A stretch of DNA of 64,000 nucleotides from a virus. Below are positions 19,923-27,517 of this stretch, in pieces; position 1 is the stretch's first letter, and every line of letters begins with the position of its first letter. The DNA is taken from the IMG/VR virus record IMGVR_UViG_3300011187_000003, positions 23,726 to 87,725 of that record; one strand, given 5' to 3'. The notes under the pieces were generated by a model. That model did not search any database and was not told where the DNA came from. It saw nothing but the letters and a program-made list of their open reading frames with translations. A program made the translations under genes and the position numbers.

Positions 19923-20576
19923 TTAGAGCAGGCTGTTTAAGTAATCACCTAAACCTATTTCTTGAATCTTATTATTGCGCTCAAAATCAATCTCATAGTT
20001 ATTGAGCTGTTCAGGCTCATTTGCTTCAGATTCTAACCAATTCTCCATTACTTGTTTTTGGTGATAGCCTCTACCTTTCTCCAGCTTTTCTCTAATCTTT
20101 TTTCTAATTTTTTCTCTTGCAGATGGATAATTATCAACGACACAATCTGTTAATACATCACCTTTATTATCCCTTGCAATGTAGCGCTTATATTTATCAG
20201 GCTTTAGCTGGCCAGCATCAACTATCTTATAGAGCCTATCATCATGTACAACTACATTAAAACGCTGTTTAGTCTGCAGGTAATTAAGTAAAGTCATATC
20301 ATTGCAATCATCATAGCTTTGAAACTCATCATCAATAGATGCTTCTGCAATTTTATTAACTGCAAAGTTTAATCTTTTAACATCCCTGTACTCACCACGC
20401 TCTAAGCTATAGCTCCAGCCATACCAATTATCACTATTGTTACCACTCTGTAAAGTAATCTTGCCTGCATTTCTGTATTCCCCATCAAGTCCTTCCTTCA
20501 CATACAGTAAAATACTAACACTCTGAAAACTGCCCTCATTTCTAACATCAGTAACTCTTAACCCTACATATTTCAT
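19923..20576 (-). CDS. Hypothetical protein
   Basis: Promoter and GAGGAGGT RBS. Confidence 0.65.
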   Translation of the reverse strand: MKYVGLRVTDVRNEGSFQSVSILLYVKEGLDGEYRNAGKITLQSGNNSDNWYGWSYSLERGEYRDVKRLNFAVNKIAEASIDDEFQSYDDCNDMTLLNYLQTKQRFNVVVHDDRLYKIVDAGQLKPDKYKRYIARDNKGDVLTDCVVDNYPSAREKIRKKIREKLEKGRGYHQKQVMENWLESEANEPEQLNNYEIDFERNNKIQEIGLGDYLNSLL

Positions 20577-20789
20577 ATAATTATTACCTCCTCAAAATTT
20601 TGTGTTTTAACTTCACTAATTAATATGATAACACAACTAATATACTATGTCAAGAAAAAATTAAAATTAATCTGTAATTAAAATATAGTCATCCTTAATT
20701 ATTACCTCCTAATTTTTTGTGCCTTTCAACCTCACTACAATTAGTATAACATAATCATTATAGTATGTCAAGAAAAAAATAGAATTAAT

Positions 20790-20876
20790 TTATAAAGGTA
20801 CTTGCGCCAGCTACAGAACAAGTACCTCTACATTATTTTATATCAATTAAAGGAGCTGATGCTTCAATTGATTACT
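20790..20876 (-). ncRNA. Candidate ~90-nt trans-acting anti-Shine-Dalgarno sRNA
   Basis: Promoter TTGACA(20911-20906)-17-TATACT; 5' hairpin AUCAAUUGAAG-[CAUCAGCUC]-CUUUAAUUGAU; 3' hairpin AGGUACUUG…CAAGUACCU-UUAU; no RBS on the transcribed strand. Confidence 0.65.
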
Positions 20877-20924
20877 AATAATAGTATAGCAAACTTAATA
20901 ACACATGTCAATGATTAATTATAA

Positions 20925-21110
20925 ATTATTACTATTACTATTGTTATTATTATTATTAAGTATATTATTAATAAGGTTATTAGAAGTATTATTAAGTATA
21001 TTGTTATTAATGTTATTAAGTATATTATTAATAAGGTTATTAGAAGTATTATTAAGTATATATTATTTATTACTATTGTTATTATTATTATTAAGTATAT
21101 TGTTAATACT
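20925..21110. repeat. AT-rich low-complexity tract with a near-perfect 60-bp tandem duplication
   Basis: 20941-21000 vs 21001-21060 differ at 2 positions; TTATTAAGTATA subrepeat. Confidence 0.9.
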
Positions 21111-21387
21111 TTTTTGTTACTATTTTTATTATCTTATTAGGAATATGTTTTAGGAATCTTATTAGTAGTTCTTAACTTCAAGTACAAGTTCAAATTCTAT
21201 TAATTAAAGCAAGTTAAAACTTAGTTTTGTTAGTGGTAAAATATAAATTAATTAAATTAAAAGTATTCTGATAATTATAACCCTAGCTGGCAGGTCTTGA
21301 ATTTAAAAGCTCTGTCGTATTTCAGTAGTTTTCTGTTAAAATAAAAAAGAGCGTCGTATTTCAGAGGTTCGCTGTTATAAATATGTA

Positions 21388-21440
21388 ACGCGCACATACA
21401 CACACACGCGCAGGCGCGCACACACGCACACACACGCGCG
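21388..21440. repeat. Alternating purine-pyrimidine (CA/CG) tract, Z-DNA prone
   Basis: ACGCGCACATACACACACACGCGCAGGCGCGCACACACGCACACACACGCGCG. Confidence 0.9.
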
Positions 21441-21469
21441 ATTATATCACAAATCACATTGAATGTCAA
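21441..21469 (-). promoter_or_regulatory. Consensus sigma-A promoter firing into the RY tract
   Basis: TTGACA-17-TATAAT with extended TG. Confidence 0.75.
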
Positions 21470-21503
21470 GTAATATATCAAATTCTTTATATTTTTAATT
21501 GTT

Positions 21504-21545
21504 TGAATTGTGTACACAATTCACCTGTGGATAACTTTATCCACA
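21504..21545. promoter_or_regulatory. Perfect 20-bp palindrome followed by an inverted pair of DnaA boxes
   Basis: TGAATTGTGTACACAATTCA at 21504-21523; TGTGGATAA 21526-21534 and TTATCCACA 21537-21545. Confidence 0.75.
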
Positions 21546-21899
21546 AACTATACCAAACTACTAAAGATTAATTATATAATCAGATCAAAGTTATAGCTAC
21601 TCCACATAAAAATCTATATTTTACAGAATCTACCATTTTGGTATAAATTACCAAAGCAGGTAGTCTTTTAAGATATACTATAATCTTACAAAAATCAGGC
21701 TCCTTTTTTTAACATAGAAGTCCCAAGAAAAAGATGGCCATATTTAATTATCAATGTTCAAATCTTCAAGGTTCAATAATACAATAACACAAAAAAATAA
21801 TATCGTCAAATTTAACTTTTCCCTTGACAAAGTATATCAAGGCTGATATAGTATTAAGTAGTAAGACAGAAAAACAAAAAATTAAAGGAGCTGAGGCAA

Positions 21900-22175
21900 A
21901 TGTTAGATATTAAAATTTCAGGACATGCAAGCAGTCAGGCCAGCGACAGACATTTAAAAAAGCAGTCATTATTAAATATTATATTAGAGCTTAAGCAGGC
22001 AGATTTTAACGAATTTATAAATTCTAAATATATATATGCTTGCTTAAGAGACAGGCAGAAAAAAGAGTCTGTAGTTATTGCAGTTAATAACTCTACAATT
22101 ACTATTGTAACAGTAATTAACAAAGTTATGCGCTGTAATAACTACCCTGATACGATAATAATAAATGTTAAATAA
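21900..22175 (+). CDS. DUF4258/RelE-like small protein
   Basis: ISGHA..QA.DR and ITIVTVI; AAAGGAGCTGA RBS. Confidence 0.55.
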   Translation: MLDIKISGHASSQASDRHLKKQSLLNIILELKQADFNEFINSKYIYACLRDRQKKESVVIAVNNSTITIVTVINKVMRCNNYPDTIIINVK

Positions 22176-22299
22176 AATTTGACAAAGTATAATGAATCTG
22201 ATAACATGTTAAATAGTGAAGATGAAAAACATTAAATATTAGCTTGCTCAAAGGCCTGAGAAGGCCTGAGAAGCAGGCTAAAAAAAGGAGCTGATATTA

Positions 22300-22548
22300 A
22301 TGGATAAAAAATTAAAAGATGTTGAGAAGCTGGCAGATGTTGAAGAGGCAGGCACTAAAGTAGTAAGTAATTGTTTTAGTATCACAGCAATTGTTGATGG
22401 TTTAACAGAATCAGTTTTTTATCAGTATAATGGAGCTTTAACAGGTGATATCAAAAAAGCTAAAATTAAATATAATTCATTTACTGGAGCGCCTTATTTT
22501 ATAGATGATAGACAAATAAAACATGAATTATGTAAATTTATTAGCTAA
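22300..22548 (+). CDS. Hypothetical protein
   Basis: AAAGGAGCTGAT RBS. Confidence 0.65.
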   Translation: MDKKLKDVEKLADVEEAGTKVVSNCFSITAIVDGLTESVFYQYNGALTGDIKKAKIKYNSFTGAPYFIDDRQIKHELCKFIS

Positions 22549-22566
22549 AAAAAGGAGCTGATATTA

Positions 22567-22641
22567 ATGAATAAAAAGAAGCGCTTGCAGATTGATTTTA
22601 TTGCAGAGGATGCAGAAAATTTATTAAATAATTCTAATTAA
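22567..22641 (+). CDS. 24-aa mini-ORF
   Basis: Same AAAGGAGCTGATATTAATG start context as 22300. Confidence 0.4.
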   Translation: MNKKKRLQIDFIAEDAENLLNNSN

Positions 22642-22720
22642 TTCTTGACAAAGTATAATAGAGCTGATATAGTATTAAGTAGTAAGACAGAAAAACAAAA
22701 AATTAAAGGAGCTGGTTAAG

Positions 22721-23050
22721 ATGATTATTACTTTTAACATTCCAAAGCAGGACAACGACAAGAATAAATTTGACGACAGCAAGCTACAAGGTTATATCAA
22801 GCAGGTATGTAAAGTGACTGGTGGCACTACCACCTATCAGGCCAAAGGTCAGTATATAATGGAATCTGGCAAGATGACAAGCGATAATAATTATATGGTT
22901 AAAACAAGCACTGATTCAAGGCAGGACTTGCAAGAAGTTAAAAGAATAATTGCAGGCATGGCCAAAGATTTAAGTCAAGAATCAATCTATTTTGAAGTGC
23001 AGCAGGCAGATGTTGAGTTTATAACTGCTGACATGAATCAGGCAGTATAG
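22721..23050 (+). CDS. Ferredoxin/PII-like small protein (DUF3574/phage SAM-lyase-like pattern)
   Basis: GG.T…A.G.Y…and L.QESIYFE motifs; promoter and RBS. Confidence 0.45.
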   Translation: MIITFNIPKQDNDKNKFDDSKLQGYIKQVCKVTGGTTTYQAKGQYIMESGKMTSDNNYMVKTSTDSRQDLQEVKRIIAGMAKDLSQESIYFEVQQADVEFITADMNQAV

Positions 23051-23184
23051 TCAGATCAAAAAACAGGCCTTGTAAAAGAGGCCTGATAAAAAATAATTCT
23101 AATTATTATTTGACAAAGTTTAATGCATCTGATATAGTGTTAAGTAGTGAAGATGAAAACAAAAAATTAAAGGAGATGATAATT

Positions 23185-23463
23185 ATGAAAACAAACGACA
23201 AAAAAATTGAATCTATTGAAGGCCTGCAGGATGCAATTAAGGACTTGAAGAATCAGGACATTTATTTGATTGAAAATGTGGAGCTTGAAGCAGGCGACAT
23301 CTATCAAGTTTTAAAAGATGTTGACATTGCAGATCAAAGATATATGGAGACTTTAAAAGATACAGTAGAGTTTTACGCAAGACCTGAATGGGACAGAGAT
23401 AAAAAAATTTATCCTGCAATCTGGATTAATCCAACATCTGAAAAGTTAGTATTTGAGTATTAA
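23185..23463 (+). CDS. Hypothetical protein
   Basis: Promoter and AAAGGAGATGAT RBS before MKTNDK. Confidence 0.65.
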   Translation: MKTNDKKIESIEGLQDAIKDLKNQDIYLIENVELEAGDIYQVLKDVDIADQRYMETLKDTVEFYARPEWDRDKKIYPAIWINPTSEKLVFEY

Positions 23464-23613
23464 AGGTTAAAAAATATCAGGTCTGCAAAAATCAGGCCTG
23501 ATAAAAATAAAATAAAATTTAAAATAATTCTTGATATTACTTGACAAAGTATAATAAACTTGTTATACTATAGATAGTGAAGATGAAAACAACACAAAAA
23601 AAGGAGCTGGTTT

Positions 23614-23880
23614 TTGATGATTAAAAGAAAAGAATTAATTAAACTTGTTGAGGAGAATAAAAGAGAAAAAAGACAAGAAAAGTGGATGATAATAGAGAAG
23701 TGCGAAGCACTTACAGAAAAGAGAAAAAGAGGCAATTTAATAGCTGAAAGTATCATTGAAATTCTAAAGCAAGGTAATGACTTTTATGCGAGTGAAGTTA
23801 ATAACTCAAAAAATAATTTGAGATTCGTTTTGAATATATTGGATAACAAAGATTATATAATTGATATTGACAAAAAATAA
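23614..23880 (+). CDS. Hypothetical protein
   Basis: Promoter and AAGGAGCTG RBS. Confidence 0.6.
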   Translation: MMIKRKELIKLVEENKREKRQEKWMIIEKCEALTEKRKRGNLIAESIIEILKQGNDFYASEVNNSKNNLRFVLNILDNKDYIIDIDKK

Positions 23881-23953
23881 TTATAATTATCAGGCCTTGT
23901 AAAAGAGGCCTGATAATTATTAAATAACTTAGATCAAAACCAATTAGGAGCTG

Positions 23954-24235
23954 ATGCAAATGGAGAAAAAAATTAAAAAGATGCAAGAATTTTTTGAAGG
24001 CAGAGAAGTTAAGGTAACAGGCTGGAGTGAAGACACCACTAAAGAGATGGTGATGGAAGTAGAGAACAATAAAGAAACGATAACTTTAAAAGATTCTAAC
24101 AGTCAAATTTTTTTATTAGTTAGCAAAAAAGCACTTGACAGAATTGATATTTTAGAACACTTAAGAGAAGGCAAAAAAGCAAGCATTCTAATCTATGGTG
24201 ATGGTATCACAGTTTATGTTCAAACAATAAAATAA
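23954..24235 (+). CDS. Hypothetical protein
   Basis: AGGAGCTG RBS. Confidence 0.6.
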   Translation: MQMEKKIKKMQEFFEGREVKVTGWSEDTTKEMVMEVENNKETITLKDSNSQIFLLVSKKALDRIDILEHLREGKKASILIYGDGITVYVQTIK

Positions 24236-24323
24236 TCAAATAGCAAGGCCTGAAAAAAAGGCCTTGCTTCTATCTTAAAGAATCAGATCAAAGTTAATAA
24301 GTTAAAATAATATTAGTCAATTC

Positions 24324-24353
24324 GCTTCAAGCTTAAGAGCTTGGAGCTTTTTT
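24324..24353 (+). terminator. Rho-independent terminator
   Basis: GCTTCAAGCT-TAAG-AGCTTGGAGC-TTTTTT. Confidence 0.7.
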
Positions 24354-24900
24354 GTATTTATACCATGTAACTATATTATTAAAAGCTATATAGAAGCGCT
24401 AAGAAGCTCATTAAGCACTTTTAAGCGAATCATGGTATTATGAGGCCTTGAATAAATAAAAGGCCTTAAATAACTATTTAAATCTTTATAAGGTGCTATA
24501 TAATTATAATATACATATTATATCAATAATAGCATACTATCATATATTAGAACCTTATAAGAGGCCATGAGAAGCGCTTTAAATAGCTTGCAGTTATATA
24601 TACATATTAATAGGCCTGCAGTAACTAAAAGCTTTATATGGAGCTTTTAGCGCTTTTTGAGACCTGCAGCACTATTAAGTATAGTACTACTAAAACTATT
24701 TGAATTAATTTAATATATAGCTTGACAAAGTATAACTAAAGCCTTATAATGGTACATAGTGAGACAGGGAAGAAAAAAGAGTGCTGGCAAAACTTTTTAA
24801 AAAATATCAAATAAAGCTTGACAAAGTATAACAAACTTGTTATTATGTTAAGTAGTGAGGGACACAAAAGAACAACAAATTTTAAAAGGAGATGATAATT

Positions 24901-25047
24901 ATGTTTTATGTTGGATGGGAAGAATTGAAGAGCTGGAAACCAGAGCTAACAGAGAAAGAAGCAAAGAAGCAAGCAAGGCAGATTGACAAAGATTGCGTAG
25001 AGCTGGAAAGAGAATTAAGAGAATCAGGAGAATACGAAAACTTATAA
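24901..25047 (+). CDS. Small charged protein (48 aa)
   Basis: Promoter 24818, AAGGAGATG RBS, MFYVGWEELKSW…. Confidence 0.55.
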   Translation: MFYVGWEELKSWKPELTEKEAKKQARQIDKDCVELERELRESGEYENL

Positions 25048-25112
25048 GAATCAAAGGCCTTGTGATAGCAAGCAAGGCCACAATATAAAAAATTAAAAGG
25101 AGCTGATAGAAG

Positions 25113-25385
25113 ATGAATAATATTGATAAAATAGCAAAGTTTTTTGAGGAAAGAGAAGGCAAAGAATTTATAGAATTAGGATATAATCAAGGTAAAAGAT
25201 TAATAGATTTTAGCTTTAAATTAGATAAAATTAATCGTAAAAGAGAAACAAGAATAAAATTAATATTAAATAATAATGAGCCACAAAGGTTTGTAGAATC
25301 AAATATTAAAGAACTATATAGTGGTGATTATTTGCTAAAAATTGAGCTTATAAATGGTCTGATTCTTAGAATTATTAAAAAATAA
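25113..25385 (+). CDS. Hypothetical protein, N-terminus similar to 23954 gene
   Basis: KI..FFE.RE shared with 23954; AAAGGAGCTGAT RBS. Confidence 0.6.
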   Translation: MNNIDKIAKFFEEREGKEFIELGYNQGKRLIDFSFKLDKINRKRETRIKLILNNNEPQRFVESNIKELYSGDYLLKIELINGLILRIIKK

Positions 25386-25401
25386 AACTAAAAAGCCTGA
25401 G

Positions 25402-25507
25402 TTATCCACAAGCTCAGGTTTAAGTTATCCACATTTGAGAGAGAGTTATCCACAATATTAAGTTAGTTATCCACAGGAAAGAGAGAATTATCCACAAGTT
25501 ATCCACA
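25402..25507 (+). repeat. Six co-oriented consensus DnaA boxes (TTATCCACA)
   Basis: Starts 25402, 25425, 25446, 25467, 25488, 25499; AT-rich tract follows. Confidence 0.9.
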
Positions 25508-25624
25508 AAACAAATGATAAATTATAAATAAATGATAAATAATAAAATTTATATGAATTAAAAAACGAATTTCAACACTCCCCTGTTACTATAAAATTTT
25601 TTTCTGATTCTGGCCTGATTGTTT

Positions 25625-25652
25625 TTGTCGTATAATACAGATTATAAGACAA
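25625..25652. other. dif-like Xer recombination site 1
   Basis: TTGTCGTATAA-TACAGA-TTATAAGACAA (11-6-11). Confidence 0.55.
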
Positions 25653-25989
25653 AACATCCACGAAGCCTGCCATGACAGGAATGGTGAGGGGTGTCGATTC
25701 AAGATAGAAAACCAAAAAAAAGAAATAGAAGGAAGAATAGGTTTTTGCACTCCCCTACCAACTCCTCTAATATCTATCCCTATAAGACTCTAGATACCAA
25801 CGACTCTAATTTGGCACCCTATACCTTTTTAATTAGTTAACTTTAATATTTGCCCCTATTGAGTCCTAATCACTAACCTCTCTAAGGTATATCCCTACCC
25901 CAACCTATATTAGGGGGTGTCAAATAATGCTTGACATATAATATTATATTATGTATAATAATAATAGAAAATTAAAGGAGGTATTGATA

Positions 25990-26403
25990 ATGAAAGATGT
26001 AGAGTATATTTATAATTACTTTAAGGAACTGTCACCAATATGTTTACCTAACACCACATATATTGTAAAATACAATACTATCTTACATGAAGCTAAAAAA
26101 GCAAAACTCATTGAGATTAAAGAAAACTGCCTTGCTAAGTGGTTACCTAAGAATGGTAGAGATATTGACTTTTATGATGATAATATTATTACTTTCAGCT
26201 CCTTTTACGCCTTTGGGTACTTAACCTATACATATCATAACTACGACCATGTTGATGATTTAATCTTATCAGGATTTGAACAAGGGGACTTTGATAATTA
26301 TAAGATTTATGATAAACAATCAAACAGCAGTAATGCTAGTTCAGCTGGAGATATGAGAGAACAATGTACTTGGGAAACTTTCTCAACCCCACAACCATTT
26401 TAA
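25990..26403 (+). CDS. Hypothetical protein
   Basis: Consensus promoter 25931-25959, AAGGAGGT RBS. Confidence 0.6.
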   Translation: MKDVEYIYNYFKELSPICLPNTTYIVKYNTILHEAKKAKLIEIKENCLAKWLPKNGRDIDFYDDNIITFSSFYAFGYLTYTYHNYDHVDDLILSGFEQGDFDNYKIYDKQSNSSNASSAGDMREQCTWETFSTPQPF

Positions 26404-26493
26404 AAATCAGATAAGGGGGGTGGAAATAATTTAAGATTTTAGTTACAATTTTTCACTCGCATGTGTATAATAATAATGAAGGAGGTGATAGCA

Positions 26494-26655
26494 ATGCTGT
26501 TCCTAAGAGGTATCTCAGTTGGAATAATGATTGGGGTTATAATCTACAAACTCTTTGACCAAGATAGTAGAGAATTTGAGGAAGAAATATATGAGAATGG
26601 CTACAGTGATGGTTATGAAGATGGTTACTATAAGAGTGACTATAAATACTCATGA
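26494..26655 (+). CDS. Small membrane-anchored protein
   Basis: TM helix plus GY.DGY repeats; AGGAGGTG RBS. Confidence 0.55.
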   Translation: MLFLRGISVGIMIGVIIYKLFDQDSREFEEEIYENGYSDGYEDGYYKSDYKYS

Positions 26656-26668
26656 GGAGGTGATAGCA

Positions 26669-26992
26669 ATGAATGAAGTTGAAGAGGTTCTTAAAGATGG
26701 TAGGAACAATATTAATGATAAGTTTCTTGACACCAAACAAGTTAATATTATCAACCAAGAAGCCTTAAATACAGGTGATTGTATCAAAGTTAGAATTAAC
26801 TCTAATGATGGTGAGGTTAGAAATGTTATTGTACGATATACTGATGAAGAGGGAGTCCATTGTATAGACCTAAACTCAAGGAGGGACAGTAAAACATTCG
26901 CTATTCTTGCTAAATACTTGGCTAATGGCAATGTTGAAATATTAGATATAATGAGGGAAGGGGGGAACAGTAGATGGATAAAGAAGGAGTAA
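26669..26992 (+). CDS. Hypothetical protein
   Basis: AGGAGGTGATAGCAATG start context. Confidence 0.6.
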   Translation: MNEVEEVLKDGRNNINDKFLDTKQVNIINQEALNTGDCIKVRINSNDGEVRNVIVRYTDEEGVHCIDLNSRRDSKTFAILAKYLANGNVEILDIMREGGNSRWIKKE

Positions 26993-27162
26993 TCCAAGTA
27001 CTAGAAGCTTTTATTTTAGAGATTGAGAATGATGAGATTGAGGTTTCTAAGATTGAGAAGCAAGATACTGAAAAGTACAAAGAGAGCTTTAGTGGTACAG
27101 AGACCTTTCATAATAAGAAATTTATATTTGAGATGAAAGGGTCTTACAACCTAGAAGAATAA
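26974..27162 (+). CDS. Hypothetical protein
   Basis: Coupled ORF with G-rich RBS. Confidence 0.55.
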   Translation: MDKEGVIQVLEAFILEIENDEIEVSKIEKQDTEKYKESFSGTETFHNKKFIFEMKGSYNLEE

Positions 27163-27242
27163 AAAAAAAATCAAATTATCTCTTGACAAAAGGTGTTATA
27201 GTATGTATAATTATAATTGCAATGTGAAAGGGGAGATAAAAA

Positions 27243-27517
27243 ATGTTTGAAGAACTTGATAAGATAATTGAGGAAGCCAAAACTGTGGCTTTGAAATTGA
27301 TGAAGTATCTAGGATTACTCGTAAAAACAGCAGACTATCCAATAAGCCACAGGTTAGCATGATATATGTAACTAAAGAGATTCAGGATAAATATGAGGAA
27401 AAGAAACAAGAAGCAAAAGAGAAATACAAGCACATTAAGAAAAGTATAGAGGATAGCTTAAAACCCCCTAAAACAAACGCTATTCTCCATCATTATGACC
27501 TAGCTGGAGACAAGTAA
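27243..27517 (+). pseudogene. Frameshifted small gene (one A missing near 27280, or assembly error)
   Basis: MFEELDKIIEEAK continues as NCGFEIDEV… in the -1 frame; promoter 27183 and RBS. Confidence 0.45.

Larger units (their letters stand above)
15914..20771 (-). promoter_or_regulatory. Array of near-consensus sigma-A promoters in front of the leftward early genes
   Basis: TTGACA-17-TA(T/C)NNT with -35 boxes at 15937, 17292, 17807, 18312, 19069, 19877, 20648, 20766 (also 12741); most followed by TAGTGAAG and AGGAGGT. Confidence 0.85.
21824..24846 (+). promoter_or_regulatory. Seven repeated TTGACAAAGT(A/T)TA promoters of the rightward block
   Basis: -35 boxes at 21824, 22179, 22645, 23110, 23541, 24722, 24818; 17-bp spacers; TAGT(G/A)A after the -10. 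Confidence 0.85.

Noticed and set aside
20905-21153. 82-aa Leu-rich ORF
   Set aside because: Translation of the TTA/TAT low-complexity repeat; no RBS.
21275-21517. 80-aa ORF with CACV repeats
   Set aside because: Artefact of the RY tract; a promoter lies inside it.
21388-21545. Protelomerase telRL site
   Set aside because: The palindrome is only 20 bp and separate from the RY tract; no protelomerase in the window.
21824-25385. Integron cassette array
   Set aside because: No attC (RYYYAAC/GTTRRRY) structures, each unit has its own promoter, and the recombinase is Xer-like without the IntI insertion.
25402-25507. CRISPR-like repeat-spacer pattern
   Set aside because: The repeat is only a 9-10 bp DnaA box with 2-14 bp gaps; no cas genes.
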